Shown piece by piece: positions 29,741 through 40,498 of a stretch of DNA of 64,000 nucleotides. Every line of letters begins with the position of its first letter. Within the stretch, counting starts at the first letter, position 1. Source of the DNA: Trueperaceae bacterium (GTDB lineage: Bacteria > Deinococcota > Deinococci > Deinococcales > Trueperaceae); contig OZ243927.1 of assembly GCA_965213925.1 (NCBI GenBank), positions 992,001 through 1,056,000 on the forward strand. Reading direction: 5' to 3'. Both the position numbers and the translations under genes were made by a program. A model generated the notes under the pieces. That model saw only the letters and a list, made by a program, of their open reading frames with translations, was not told the DNA's origin and did no database searches.

Positions 29741-29986
29741 CTACCGCTTGACTGCTTGTATAGTCACCTGCATAACGGTTCGCACAGTTCCCCCCGAGAG
29801 ATAAGAGGTATAGAGCACGTCGCTACGCAAGTCGGCTTTTTACCTCTTGCTTATCATCCACCGTAATGCGTGCTAAGAACTAGGGAGCACGGCGCAATTG
29901 TGAGCAGGTTGCTCCGTAGAGGATTCGCGCCCATAGAACGAGGCTCGAGCTAAAAGAAGCCGCAGCAAAGACGCCTGGAACCCAAC

Positions 29987-30017
29987 GAAAAGGGGAGAAG
30001 GTCAACCCTCCTCCCGC
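29987..30017 (-). terminator. rnj terminator
   Basis: GGGAGGAGG-GTTGA-CCTTCTCCC followed by a U-tract (minus strand). Confidence 0.65.
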
Positions 30018-30045
30018 TCGTCTCCGACATGCGTGTTCTCTAAAT

Positions 30046-31725
30046 TCAGCCCTCGATGACGGTTGGCACAATCAGCGGATTGCGCCCCGTCGCCTTGCGC
30101 AAGTAGCGCCTGACCGGGTAGAAGATGTCGTCGCGGATGTCGGATAAGTTGCGCTTCTCGCGCACGCCCTTTTGCAAGCCCTCCAACGCGATCCGCTCGA
30201 CCTCGCCGTTGAGTTCCTTTTGATTCTGCGCGACGCCGCGGCTGATGACCTCGACGGACGGACTGCGCCCCGCGAGCGCCATGATGACCACGACGCCCTC
30301 GTTCGAGAGCGTCTGCCTATCGCGAATCACGGGCTCGGTAATCTCCTCGCCCTGCTTGCCCATCGAGTCGATATAGATGATGCCCGAGTCGATCTGCCCG
30401 ACGCGCTTGAGGTCGTCGCGGGTAAGTTCTAACACGTCTCCGTTCTCCGCGATGAGGCTCTTCTCCGGCGGGTTCGCCATGCCGTGCGCCAGCTTCTGGT
30501 GATTTTTTTGGTGGCGCACCTCGCCGTGCCAGGGGATGAAAAACTTGGGGCGCGTCAAGTCGAGGATGAGTTTAAGCTCCTCTTGCGAGGCGTGACCTGA
30601 AGCGTGCACCTTGTAGGCGGGCGGGTAAAAGACGTTGACATCTCTTGCGTAGAGCTGGTTGATCACGCGCCCGACCGCCTCCTCGTTGCCAGGAATTGGA
30701 TTGGAGGACATGACAATCGTATCGCCCGGTTGCAGGTTGATCTTGCGGTGACTACCCGAAGCGAGGCGCGACAAAGCCGCCATCGGCTGACCCTGCGAAC
30801 CCGTGCACAAAAAGAGTACCTTGTCGTCGGCGAGGTTTTGCATGTCGTCGGTGCTGACTAAAGGCTGCTTGACCTCCAAGTAGCCCAACTCTTGCGCGAT
30901 GCGCGTGTTCTTGATCATCGAGCGACCCTCGATGACCACGCGGCGGTCGTACTTCTCCGCGACGCGGATGAAGTTTTGCAGGCGGTGGACGTGTGACGAG
31001 AAGGTCGTGACGATGACGCGCCCGCTCGCTTTAGAGACCAACTCATCCACCGCGTTCATCACGTCGCGCTCCGAGGGTGTGTAACCGGGACGTTCGGCGT
31101 TGGTCGAGTCCGAGATGAGCGCCAAAACACCCTCTTGCCCGGCTTGCGCCAGCTTGTGCAGGTGGCTCGTCTTGCCGTCGGCGGGGTTGTAGTCCAATTT
31201 GAAGTCGCCCGAGTGGACGATGCGCCCGATGGGGGTGTGCACGATGAGCCCCGAGTTGTCGGGAATCGAGTGCGTCATGCGGAAGAAGTCCACCGTGAAG
31301 TACTTGCTGACCTTGATGCGGTCATCCGTGGAGATTTCGCGCAAGTCCACGTCGCTCTCGCGCAGCTTGAACTCGTCGAACTTGCCGCGCAGGAGACCCA
31401 AGGTCAACTTCGCGCCGTACATCGGAATTTTCGGCAAGAGCTTGAGCATGTAGGGCAGTCCGCCGATGTGGTCTTCGTGCCCGTGCGTCAAGACCCAGCC
31501 TTTGATCTTGTGAGCGTTCTCCACGACCCAGTCGATTTTTGGGACCAAGATATCGACGCCCAACATGTCGGCGTCGGGGAAGGCTAAGCCGCCGTCGATC
31601 ATGAGGATTTCGTCCTCGTATTCGAAGGCGAACATGTTCTTGCCGATTTCGCCCATCCCGCCGATTGGGATGATGCGCAAAGCTTTTTGGTTGGTTGATT
31701 TCTGTTTGCTTTTGCTGCGGCTCAT
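30046..31725 (-). CDS. rnj: ribonuclease J
   Basis: GGMGEIGKN, THGHEDHIG, DSTNAE and HASGH motifs; ATG 31725 after AAGGAG. Confidence 0.95.
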   Translation of the reverse strand: MSRSKSKQKSTNQKALRIIPIGGMGEIGKNMFAFEYEDEILMIDGGLAFPDADMLGVDILVPKIDWVVENAHKIKGWVLTHGHEDHIGGLPYMLKLLPKIPMYGAKLTLGLLRGKFDEFKLRESDVDLREISTDDRIKVSKYFTVDFFRMTHSIPDNSGLIVHTPIGRIVHSGDFKLDYNPADGKTSHLHKLAQAGQEGVLALISDSTNAERPGYTPSERDVMNAVDELVSKASGRVIVTTFSSHVHRLQNFIRVAEKYDRRVVIEGRSMIKNTRIAQELGYLEVKQPLVSTDDMQNLADDKVLFLCTGSQGQPMAALSRLASGSHRKINLQPGDTIVMSSNPIPGNEEAVGRVINQLYARDVNVFYPPAYKVHASGHASQEELKLILDLTRPKFFIPWHGEVRHQKNHQKLAHGMANPPEKSLIAENGDVLELTRDDLKRVGQIDSGIIYIDSMGKQGEEITEPVIRDRQTLSNEGVVVIMALAGRSPSVEVISRGVAQNQKELNGEVERIALEGLQKGVREKRNLSDIRDDIFYPVRRYLRKATGRNPLIVPTVIEG

Positions 31726-31902
31726 AAAGCTCCTTTGGTGCCGCACGGTAGGCGCATGTGTCTAAAGTTATAGTGCAGAAAGCAAAAGGTTAAGACACGC
31801 GCCGGATGCGACCCCTCGTGTGACGCTCGAGGGAAGCGGTAGTGCAGAGGTCTGACCCCTGCTATTGAATTGACTAATGCTAGTCGACGCTACTGCCGTG
31901 AA

Positions 31903-34128
31903 TCAGCGGCGGTTGCGGTCTCCACCTCTGTCACCGCGGTTGTCGCCACGACCACCGGAACGCTCACCGCGACCTCCGCCACGGTTGCCACCCCCGCGAT
32001 CATCGCGGCTGCGGCGCGGGGCGATTTTACCCTCCAACTCCGGTCTCACGAGGTCGAGTTTGCCACGTCCGTCGATGTTGTTGACCTTGACCGTGATGGG
32101 GTCGCCGACCTTGAGGTAGTCCTCGACGTTCTGGACGCGCTCCTCGGCGATTTGCGAGATGTGCAAGAGCCCGTCCGTACCGGGGAAAATGGTGATGAAC
32201 GCGCCGAAGTCCGTTGTTTTGGCGACCTTGCCCTCGTACGTCGCACCGACTTCTGCGGTTGCCGTTAAGCCTTCGATCTGACGCTTGGCTTCATTCGCAG
32301 CGGCGGAGTCCTCGCTGTAAATCTTGACCATACCGTCTTCAGCGATATCGATGGAGACGCCCAAGGTTTCAAGCTCGCGTATCTGCTTGCCGCCCGGTCC
32401 GATGACCGCGCCGATCTTCTCCACTGGAATCTGCACGCTGATGATGCGCGGCGCGTTCTGCGAGACCTCTTCGCGGGGCGCAGCCAAGACCTCGTCCATC
32501 AAGCCTAAAATGTGGCGGCGTCCGTCTCTGGCTTGGTTGAGCGCCGCGTTCATGATGTCGGCGGTGATGCCCTGAATCTTGATGTCCATCTGCAGCGCGG
32601 TGACGCCGTCGTGCGTGCCTGTCACCTTGAAGTCCATGTCGCCCAGCGCGTCCTCAGAGCCCAAGATGTCCGAGAGGATTCTGTAGGTCTCGCCCTCTTT
32701 GATGAGCCCCATCGCGATGCCCGCGACGGGCTTCTTGATGGGCACGCCCGCGTCCATAAGGGATAGGGTGCTCGCGCAGACCGACGCCATCGAGGAGGAG
32801 CCGTTGGACTCTAAGGTCTCGGCGACGGTGCGAATCACGTAAGGGAAATCCTCTTGTGAGGGAATCATCCGCTCTAACGAGCGCCGCGCCAAGTTGCCGT
32901 GCCCGAGTTCGCGCCTCGAGGTGCCCCTGAGCCGCTTCGCCTCACCCGTCGAAAAGGGTGGGAAGTTGTAGTGGAGCATGAACTCTTCGGACGTTTCCAG
33001 TCCCAAGTCGTCTACCAAGCGGTTGTCTTTGCCCGTACCGAGCGTCGAAACGCTCAAAACTTGCGTCTCACCCCTTGTAAAAACCGCCGAGCCGTGCGCG
33101 GCGGGCAACACGCCCGCTTCGATCCAGATGGGGCGAATCTCTTCGGGCGTGCGGTGATCCGAGCGCTGGTTGTCCTCTAAGACCATGCGGCGCGACTCGG
33201 ACTGTACCGCCTTGCTGAACGCCTCTTTCAGCTCGCTGATGCGCTCCGCCGCGCCCTCCGCCTCGGGGTCGGGGACGTGCTTTTCGATTAAAGAATTGCG
33301 CAGCTCTTTCGTCTTCGCGCCGCGCTCTTTTTTTCCTTGGGTCAAGAGGACGTCTTTAAGTCCTGCCTTACGCGCTTCGCTCGTCATCATCTCAACGTCG
33401 TCTTGCGACAGTTCCGAAGCGGGTTCGAACTCGAGCTTCTCCTCGCCGACCTCTGCCTTCATCTGCTCGATGAGGTCCAAGACGCCCTGCATCTCGCGCT
33501 GGGCGAACTCGATCGCGCCGACCATCACGTCTTCGGACAACTCATTCGCGCTCGCTTCGACCATCAACACCGCGTCTTTCGTCGCGGCGACGGTGAGTTC
33601 GAGTTCCGACTCTTGAAGCTGCTGGAGCGTGGGGTTGAGCACGTACTCGCCGTTGATAAAGCCGACGCTCACGCAGGCGGTGGGTCCGTCCCAGGGGGTG
33701 CTCGAGATGGACAAGGCCGCCGACGTGCCTATCGCCGCGATAATAGCGGGGTCGTTCTCTTGGTCCGCCGAGAGAACCGTGATAATGACCTGCACTTCGT
33801 TGCGCAAGCCTTTGGGGAAGAGTGGGCGAATCTGCCTATCCGTAATGCGGGCGTTTAAGGTCGCTTGTGTGCCGGGGCGTCCCTCGCGGCGCATGAACGA
33901 GCCGGGAATCTTGCCGATGGCGTAGTGACGCTCTTCGTACTCGACGGTCAGCGGCAAAAAGCTCATCGGCGAGGTGCTGCCCGACATCTGCGCGGTGACG
34001 AGCACGACGGTGCCGCCGTAGCGCACCATCACGCTGCCCGAGACGAGCTTGGCGTACTTGCCCGTCTCCAGGGTCAGCTCGCGCCCGCCCAAGGTGGTGC
34101 TGTAACGTTTGGGTTCTGGAATATTCAC
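31903..34128 (-). CDS. pnp: polyribonucleotide nucleotidyltransferase
   Basis: [30 protein letters not shown] and S1 domains; GTG 34128 after GAGGAG. Confidence 0.95.
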   Translation of the reverse strand: MNIPEPKRYSTTLGGRELTLETGKYAKLVSGSVMVRYGGTVVLVTAQMSGSTSPMSFLPLTVEYEERHYAIGKIPGSFMRREGRPGTQATLNARITDRQIRPLFPKGLRNEVQVIITVLSADQENDPAIIAAIGTSAALSISSTPWDGPTACVSVGFINGEYVLNPTLQQLQESELELTVAATKDAVLMVEASANELSEDVMVGAIEFAQREMQGVLDLIEQMKAEVGEEKLEFEPASELSQDDVEMMTSEARKAGLKDVLLTQGKKERGAKTKELRNSLIEKHVPDPEAEGAAERISELKEAFSKAVQSESRRMVLEDNQRSDHRTPEEIRPIWIEAGVLPAAHGSAVFTRGETQVLSVSTLGTGKDNRLVDDLGLETSEEFMLHYNFPPFSTGEAKRLRGTSRRELGHGNLARRSLERMIPSQEDFPYVIRTVAETLESNGSSSMASVCASTLSLMDAGVPIKKPVAGIAMGLIKEGETYRILSDILGSEDALGDMDFKVTGTHDGVTALQMDIKIQGITADIMNAALNQARDGRRHILGLMDEVLAAPREEVSQNAPRIISVQIPVEKIGAVIGPGGKQIRELETLGVSIDIAEDGMVKIYSEDSAAANEAKRQIEGLTATAEVGATYEGKVAKTTDFGAFITIFPGTDGLLHISQIAEERVQNVEDYLKVGDPITVKVNNIDGRGKLDLVRPELEGKIAPRRSRDDRGGGNRGGGRGERSGGRGDNRGDRGGDRNRR

Positions 34129-34237
34129 TCTATCTCCTCTATCGTCCCTTGTATATTCGTGTGTTGATGTTCCTGATAAAGCCACAAAATAGGTGTTATG
34201 TAAGCGCATATGCTCAATAAACTGTCACTCTAAGTAC

Positions 34238-34268
34238 CAAAAGAGCGAGGCGTATACAGCCTCGCTCC
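34238..34268 (-). terminator. rpsO terminator
   Basis: GAGCGAGGC stem followed by TTTT on the minus strand. Confidence 0.7.
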
Positions 34269-34308
34269 AAAGGTTCATTTGAAGTCGCAAATTGATGCGT
34301 AGGTGGGC

Positions 34309-34578
34309 TTAGCGGCGTAATCCGAGCCGCCCGATCAGCGCTTTATAGCCTTCGAAGTCCTTCTGCTCTAAATATTTAAGAAGGCGCTTGCGCTTACCGA
34401 CCATCATCAGCAGACCGCGGCGTCCGTGGTGGTCCTTTTTGTTCGCCTGCAAGTGCTCACTCAAGGACTGAATTTGCGCCGTGAGCATGGCAACTTGCAC
34501 TTCGGTAGAGCCGGTGTCGCCTTCGGCGGTGCCGTATTCTGTAAAGATTTCCTGCTTGCGTTCTTTGTTGAGTGCCAT
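34309..34578 (-). CDS. rpsO: 30S ribosomal protein S15
   Basis: [10 protein letters not shown] and [11 protein letters not shown] motifs. Confidence 0.98.
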   Translation of the reverse strand: MALNKERKQEIFTEYGTAEGDTGSTEVQVAMLTAQIQSLSEHLQANKKDHHGRRGLLMMVGKRKRLLKYLEQKDFEGYKALIGRLGLRR

Positions 34579-34739
34579 AAAAGCTTCCTTTCAGGTAGAC
34601 TAGCGCAGACGCTGTGGCGCAGCGCGAACCCCAGTCCCCATATGTCGATGAGGTTGACTCAACAACGCTCGAGTCTAGCACGCTAGTCCCGGATAGTTCA
34701 AAGGTGGGACTACAGATTGCAGGGCTACTGCAAAGTTGG

Positions 34740-35079
34740 CACCTGGATAAGCAAGAGGGTACGTTGACCTTTGAAGAGAAAGTGAATAGTAAATGCCTTG
34801 CTCAGACTCGAAAATACCGCTAAGTCGAGAGTGGAGAGGTGCGCTGGGTTTAAGCAGACCTTGATTTCAAAGGCAATTTTAGACTTTGCGGTAGCCCTGG
34901 CAGCACCTCGGACGACCCGACTGCTCGCGCTGACCTCATCACAATATGGAGGTTTAGTCGCTAGCGGCGATATCAACGGGAATGACGGCGCAACCTCCCC
35001 ATCCGATGATGTTTGGGGTACAGTGCTCCTCGAGGCTGGCAGCACCTCGGACATTACAGGTGTCGTGTTACTTCCCTGA
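34740..35079 (+). pseudogene. possible degraded remnant of a CHRD/SOD-like secreted protein
   Basis: Fragments GTLTFEEK, LRLENT and LVASGDINGN in two frames, followed by a terminator at ~35123-35150. Confidence 0.25.
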
Positions 35080-35297
35080 AGTGCCTAACTTCCCTCAGTA
35101 GCCCCTAGCCTTTCACCTTCTCAGACCTCACCGCAGTGAGGTCTTTACTTTAACAATTCCATGGCTCATTGCTGCACCGCTGATAGCGTCTGTTTCTATT
35201 CGCATCCGCTCACACGTGAAGCTGCTGTAGCAGCTTCACGTGGAAATGCTATTTTGTCCCAGCTAGCGCCTCCATGCACGTCATGGTCTAATCGACT

Positions 35298-36878
35298 ATG
35301 CCTAACCTCATCTTCCGTAACGGCACCATCTTAACCATGGACCCCGCGAAGCCCGAAGCGAGCGCTTTGGCGGTGCGCGGCGAGCGCATTTTGGCGGTCG
35401 GCGGCGAAGAGGTCTTAGACCTTTCGCACAGAAACACCGAGCACATTGACTTAGAAGGTCGCTGCCTCCTACCCGGCTTTCACGACAGCCACGTCCACCT
35501 CACGCAGCACGGCTTAGAACTCCATAGGCTGCATCTGCATGAGACGGCGACGTTGGAAGAGGCGCTGACGAGGGTGGCTGAACGCGCCGAGGACCTCCCT
35601 GCGGGCTCATGGATTTTAGGTTCCGGCTTCTCCATGAGCCGCTGGGGGGTGTCGCACCTGAACAAAGCCGAGCTAGACCGCGCCGCGCCGCACCACCCCG
35701 TCTTTCTGCAGTCGCAAGACCACCATAGCGCCTGGGCGAACTCGCGGGCGCTAGCGCTCGCGGGCGTTCATGCGGCGACGCCTGACCCGAAGAGCGGTAC
35801 GGTCGTAAGGGGCGAAGGAGGGGAGCCGAGCGGGTTACTACTGGAGCGGGCGGCGCACCTGGTTTCGGGCACGATTCCCGAGCCGAGTGACGCTGAGCTA
35901 GTTGACGCGCTGGGGCGGGGCGGGGAAGACCTCGCGCGCTTAGGCGTCACGACGGTGCACCACATGGCGTACGAGCCGACTTCGTATTGGCGGCAGTTGG
36001 CGCTAGAGGCGAGCCGCGAGGATTTTCCGGTGCGCGTGTGGGCGTGTCTGCCGCAAGAGGACGCCGAACACGCCGCTGCCATCGGTTTAGCGACGGGTCA
36101 GGGCGGGCCGCGTTTCACGGTGGGCGGCGCGAAGTTTTTTGCCGACGGCGCGCTAGGCAGCATGACGGCGTGGATGCTGGAGCCCTACGCCGGTACCGAC
36201 GACTACGGCGTGAGCGTCCACGGCGCGGACGTGCTAGCGGAGCGTTTACCTCTCGTTTTAGACGCTGGGCTGACGCCCGTGGTTCACGCGATCGGCGACG
36301 CGGCGAACCGCGCCGTTTTGGATGCGTTCGAGCGGACGCTCCCGCAGTGGCAGCAGCGGGGGCTGAGACCGAGGCTCGAGCACGCCCAGCACCTCCACCC
36401 AGACGACCTCATGCGAGCGGGAGAGCTCGGTATCGTCGTCTCTATGCAGCCCTATCACCTCGTCTTCGACGCGCCGCAGATTCGCGCGCGGCTGCCGGAG
36501 CGCGTCGGCGGCGCGTACGCCATGAAGTCCCTTTTAGAAGCGGGCGCGCACCTCGCCCTCGGCTCGGACACGCCCGTGGCGAATCCTGACGTGAGGCTGG
36601 GTCTCCGCGCCGCCTGCACGCGCGCCCCAATGGACGCCTCAGCGGACGCCTCGGTAGACGGCGAATTCAACCCACATGAACGTTTGACGCCCGCCCAAGC
36701 GCTAGCGGGCTACACGTCTGGCGCAGCTTACGCCATTTCGCGCGAACATCGTTCGGGGGTGTTACGCGAAAAGTTCGACGCGGATATGGTGGTGCTTTCG
36801 GATAATCCTTTAGAGACTTTGAATTTTAACGTTGAGGGGACGATGCTAGCTGGAAGCTGGACGAAGCCGCTCGAGTAA
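35298..36878 (+). CDS. amidohydrolase (YtcJ/Amidohydro_3 type)
   Basis: PGFHDSHVH, KFFADGALG, HAIGD, RLEHAQ and GSDTP motifs. Confidence 0.9.
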   Translation: MPNLIFRNGTILTMDPAKPEASALAVRGERILAVGGEEVLDLSHRNTEHIDLEGRCLLPGFHDSHVHLTQHGLELHRLHLHETATLEEALTRVAERAEDLPAGSWILGSGFSMSRWGVSHLNKAELDRAAPHHPVFLQSQDHHSAWANSRALALAGVHAATPDPKSGTVVRGEGGEPSGLLLERAAHLVSGTIPEPSDAELVDALGRGGEDLARLGVTTVHHMAYEPTSYWRQLALEASREDFPVRVWACLPQEDAEHAAAIGLATGQGGPRFTVGGAKFFADGALGSMTAWMLEPYAGTDDYGVSVHGADVLAERLPLVLDAGLTPVVHAIGDAANRAVLDAFERTLPQWQQRGLRPRLEHAQHLHPDDLMRAGELGIVVSMQPYHLVFDAPQIRARLPERVGGAYAMKSLLEAGAHLALGSDTPVANPDVRLGLRAACTRAPMDASADASVDGEFNPHERLTPAQALAGYTSGAAYAISREHRSGVLREKFDADMVVLSDNPLETLNFNVEGTMLAGSWTKPLE

Positions 36879-37211
36879 GGCCGTGAGTAACGCCTCGTCC
36901 GCCTCTCCGTTCGAGCTGCGCCGGCCGTCTCGCGAGAGGGACTCACGCGCAAGCTCGCGCAACTGTTCAGCCACGCGCTCTAAGGCGTGCACGGAGCGCT
37001 CCAAGCTCGAGGCGATGCGCTGCGCGTTTTGCTTGTCGCTCGAGTCGGGGTCGTAAAGCTCCTTGAATTCCTTGGCGATATAAGCCGCCAAGACCTCCTC
37101 TAGGCCCAGCGTCCTGACGTCGACCTGAGAGGTCTCTAGCTGTTCTTGCAAGAAGCGGTCGGGGTAAGCCTCCGCCGCCACCTCGATAAGCTCTTTAAGC
37201 GTTTTATTCAT
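36846..37211 (-). CDS. hypothetical protein
   Basis: 121-aa helical ORF with GAGGAG RBS. Confidence 0.6.
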   Translation of the reverse strand: MNKTLKELIEVAAEAYPDRFLQEQLETSQVDVRTLGLEEVLAAYIAKEFKELYDPDSSDKQNAQRIASSLERSVHALERVAEQLRELARESLSRDGRRSSNGEADEALLTALLERLRPASS

Positions 37212-37354
37212 AAACGGCTCCTCGTCTCTTGTGCTATTTTAGCAAACCCGTCTTTCACCCAGGTTTCGCCTAGCTAGACCTAGTGACGCTTGAATAAGTA
37301 GAGCGTTCGCGCCGTTTTTCGCTACGTCATGTGCTCCAAACACGCACGAAGATG

Positions 37355-38440
37355 CTAGCTCGGTCTACAATCCTCGTGACTGACCTGCTGGGTTCTCAGC
37401 TTAGCCTCTCGTGTGGTCGCTCTCACCCGGTTACGCTGTTTATACTCGTACATCTCGCTGTCCGCTTTCTTGAGCAAGGCGCGGAGTGTGCTACCCGCTC
37501 GCGGAAACTGCGCGACGCCGATGCTCGCGTCTAGGTGCACCTCTTCGCCCTCGAGCCTAAAAGGGGCGGCCAAGCACGCAGCGTAACGCTCGGCGACTCG
37601 CTTGGCTCCGCCGCAACCATTATGCGCATAACTGCTAGGCTCATAACCGTGTGGGTGGACCTCGAGCAAACAGACAAATTCGTCGCCGCCGAGCCGCGCT
37701 AAGAGGTCGCTCTCGCGCGTCTGGTTCTTAAAACGCTCGGCTACCTTGATGAGAAGCGAGTCGCCCGCATCGTGACCAAGCGTGTCGTTGATCTCTTTGA
37801 AGCCGTTTAGGTCGAGGTAAAAGAGGTTCAGCTCGCGAGCGTGCCTTTTGGCTGAGGCGATCATCTGCGCGGCCCGCTCGAAAAAGGCGCGTCGGTTGGG
37901 CAGACCGGTCAGCGCGTCGGTGTAAGCCGCCCGCGCGATTTCTTGTTCGAAGCGTTTATGGCTAGTAACGTCGATATGCGAAATGACTGCGCCGCCGCTG
38001 TCTCCACCTAGTGGTTTAATATACATGACGAACCACCTTTCGCCCTCGCCTACGAAGTGGGAATACTCGAGCGTAAACTCCGCGCTCGAGCCCGCTAAAA
38101 CGTCGTGCAGACCTCTGCAAATCTGACCTAACCGAGACGCTCCCTCTAGCTCATGATGGTGCGCGTCTCCACATAGATGGAGGTAGTTTGCACCGCGCTC
38201 TGCGTAGAGGGAGGGATCATATTTAGCGAAGTGCTCCCACGCCTTGTTGGTCTCGACGATCACGCCGCTCGAATCAAGAATCGCCATCTGTTGCGGCGCG
38301 ACGTCAAACGCCCGAAGGTGAACGTTGGATAATGCGTTGGTGGGCACAGTGCCCCTCCTCCCTTTAGAGCCCGAAAAGAAAGCTGACGCAGTAGGCTCGC
38401 CCTGTCCTGTATGGACTAGCGGTTCTACGCTATCATTCAA
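37355..38440 (-). CDS. PAS-domain diguanylate cyclase
   Basis: PAS-like N-terminus; DALTGLPNR, DLNGFKEINDTLGH and RLGGDEF motifs. Confidence 0.9.
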   Translation of the reverse strand: MNDSVEPLVHTGQGEPTASAFFSGSKGRRGTVPTNALSNVHLRAFDVAPQQMAILDSSGVIVETNKAWEHFAKYDPSLYAERGANYLHLCGDAHHHELEGASRLGQICRGLHDVLAGSSAEFTLEYSHFVGEGERWFVMYIKPLGGDSGGAVISHIDVTSHKRFEQEIARAAYTDALTGLPNRRAFFERAAQMIASAKRHARELNLFYLDLNGFKEINDTLGHDAGDSLLIKVAERFKNQTRESDLLARLGGDEFVCLLEVHPHGYEPSSYAHNGCGGAKRVAERYAACLAAPFRLEGEEVHLDASIGVAQFPRAGSTLRALLKKADSEMYEYKQRNRVRATTREAKLRTQQVSHEDCRPS

Positions 38441-38589
38441 AAGATATTTTCAACTAGGTACAACTGCACCTAAAAAACCGGATGTGAAATATTACGCAAT
38501 TCGGTTCGTTAAGTTCGTCATCTGAGGTCACGACGGGGTGTGTTTTCTGGCTTCTAAGGGGCAGCGAGGTAGTTGGGCTATACTCACGC

Positions 38590-39858
38590 ATGTCGCTTAC
38601 TGTTTCCACTGACGCCGTTACTGTCAATTTAGGTGAGCTTTTAGAACGCTCGAGGCGCGCTAGTCGCGGCTTGGCTAACGCCAAGCGCAACGCCGCTTTA
38701 GAAAGCATCGCCGCCGCGCTCTTGACCAACACCGACGCCATTTTGAAGGCGAACGAAAAAGATGTCGCCGCCGAACGTAGAAAAGGCACCTCCGACGCGC
38801 TCATTGACCGCCTGACACTGTCCCAAGCTCGCCTCAAAAATATCTCCGACGCGGTCCACCTCGTCGCGGCGCTGCCCGATCCCTTGCGCCGCGTGCTGGA
38901 CGGCTGGACGCTTCCCAACGCTCTGCGCGTCCAGAAGGTCACGGTTCCTTTCGGTGTGATCGGGATGATCTACGAGTCGCGCCCGAACGTGACCGTAGAC
39001 GCCGCGACGCTCGCCCTGAAAGCGGGCAGCGCGAGCGTGCTGCGCGGCTCCGCCAACGCGCTAGAGAGCAACCGCGTCATCGTGGAGGTGATGCGCCGCG
39101 CGTTAGAAGAGGTTGACGTGCCGCCGGACGCGGTTCAACTCATCGACTCGCCCGACAGAGCGCTCGTGACCGAGCTTTTAGAAGCTAGGGGTCAGGTGGA
39201 CTTGGTGATCCCGAGGGGCGGCGCATCTTTGATCAACCACGTCGTGCAAAACGCGAAAGTCCCGGTCATCGAAACGGGCGTCGGCAACTGCCACGTGTTC
39301 GTGGACGCTTCGGCGGATTTGGTGAACGCGAAAGAGGTCGTGATCAACGCGAAGGTGCAGCGCCCCGGTGTATGCAACTCCGTAGAAACGCTGCTCGTAC
39401 ACGAAGCGGTCGCGGAAGCGTTCTTGCCGAATGTGCTTTCAGCCCTCACCGAACTCGGCGTCGTTATAAGAGGGTGCGAGCGGACGCAGAGGCTCTATCC
39501 TGAAGCGGCAGCGGCCACCGAGTCAGATTGGGAAACGGAATATCTGGACCTCGAGCTAGCCGTTAAGGTCGTGAGTAGCACGGACGACGCCGTTGCCCAC
39601 ATCAACCGCTACGGTTCCCAGCACAGCGAAGCCATCCTCACCCAGTCGATCGAAAATGCGCGGCGCTTTCAGGACGAGGTGGACGCGGCGGCGGTTTACG
39701 TAAACGCCTCGACGCGCTTTACCGACGGCTTCGTGTTCGGCTTCGGCGCGGAGATAGGCATCTCGACGCAGAAGCTCCACGCAAGAGGTCCGATGGGCTT
39801 GGCGGAGATAGTGACGCACAAGTATCTGATCGAAGGAGAGGGGCAGATCAGGGGTTAG
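38590..39858 (+). CDS. proA: gamma-glutamyl phosphate reductase
   Basis: IYESRPNVT, GNCH, VNASTRFTDG and GISTQKLHARGP motifs. Confidence 0.96.
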   Translation: MSLTVSTDAVTVNLGELLERSRRASRGLANAKRNAALESIAAALLTNTDAILKANEKDVAAERRKGTSDALIDRLTLSQARLKNISDAVHLVAALPDPLRRVLDGWTLPNALRVQKVTVPFGVIGMIYESRPNVTVDAATLALKAGSASVLRGSANALESNRVIVEVMRRALEEVDVPPDAVQLIDSPDRALVTELLEARGQVDLVIPRGGASLINHVVQNAKVPVIETGVGNCHVFVDASADLVNAKEVVINAKVQRPGVCNSVETLLVHEAVAEAFLPNVLSALTELGVVIRGCERTQRLYPEAAAATESDWETEYLDLELAVKVVSSTDDAVAHINRYGSQHSEAILTQSIENARRFQDEVDAAAVYVNASTRFTDGFVFGFGAEIGISTQKLHARGPMGLAEIVTHKYLIEGEGQIRG

Positions 39859-39950
39859 TCTATTCAACTCCTTCACGCTTACCTCTTGATGTTGTTAATA
39901 TTGAGAACGCAACTGCTTGGCGGCTGCGCGCTCTCGTTCTATACTCGCCT

Positions 39951-40397
39951 ATGGCTACGCAACCGCAGCAGATAACGGTGCGCCCCGTTGACAGCGATAA
40001 CTGGCGCGAGGTGAGCGCGTTGGCGATCCCTGAGGCACAACGCAACTTCGTCGCTGAGCCGAACTTCTACTTGGCGCTGTGCTGCTACGACACGTGGAAC
40101 CCGCTGGCTATCTACTTGGATGACGCGGTCATCGGCTTCATGATGTGGGGGCTCGAAGAGGGAAGCTGTTGGCTGGGCGGCATTTTCATCGGTAGAGAGT
40201 ATCAGCGAAGAGGGTATGGACGGCGGGCGGTGCAGGAAGCGATAAGGGTACTGAGTGAGCAGACAGGCGTCTCCGAGTTTGCGCTCTCCTATCAGCCTAC
40301 GAACACGGTTGCTAGAGGTCTCTACACCGCAATGGGCTTTGTGGAGACGGGCGAGATAGAAGATGACGAGGTGGTGGCGAGGCTCAAACTTGAGTGA
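39951..40397 (+). CDS. GNAT N-acetyltransferase
   Basis: YQRRGYG and N..A..LY..MGF motifs. Confidence 0.88.
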   Translation: MATQPQQITVRPVDSDNWREVSALAIPEAQRNFVAEPNFYLALCCYDTWNPLAIYLDDAVIGFMMWGLEEGSCWLGGIFIGREYQRRGYGRRAVQEAIRVLSEQTGVSEFALSYQPTNTVARGLYTAMGFVETGEIEDDEVVARLKLE

Positions 40398-40498
40398 AAG
40401 CGTGCGGTAAAACTCAGAACTGCTCGAGCCTCACCGATACGAACCTTTCGACCAGAAATCATTCTCGCCCTGATGCGGGTTTTAACCTCAAGAACGTT

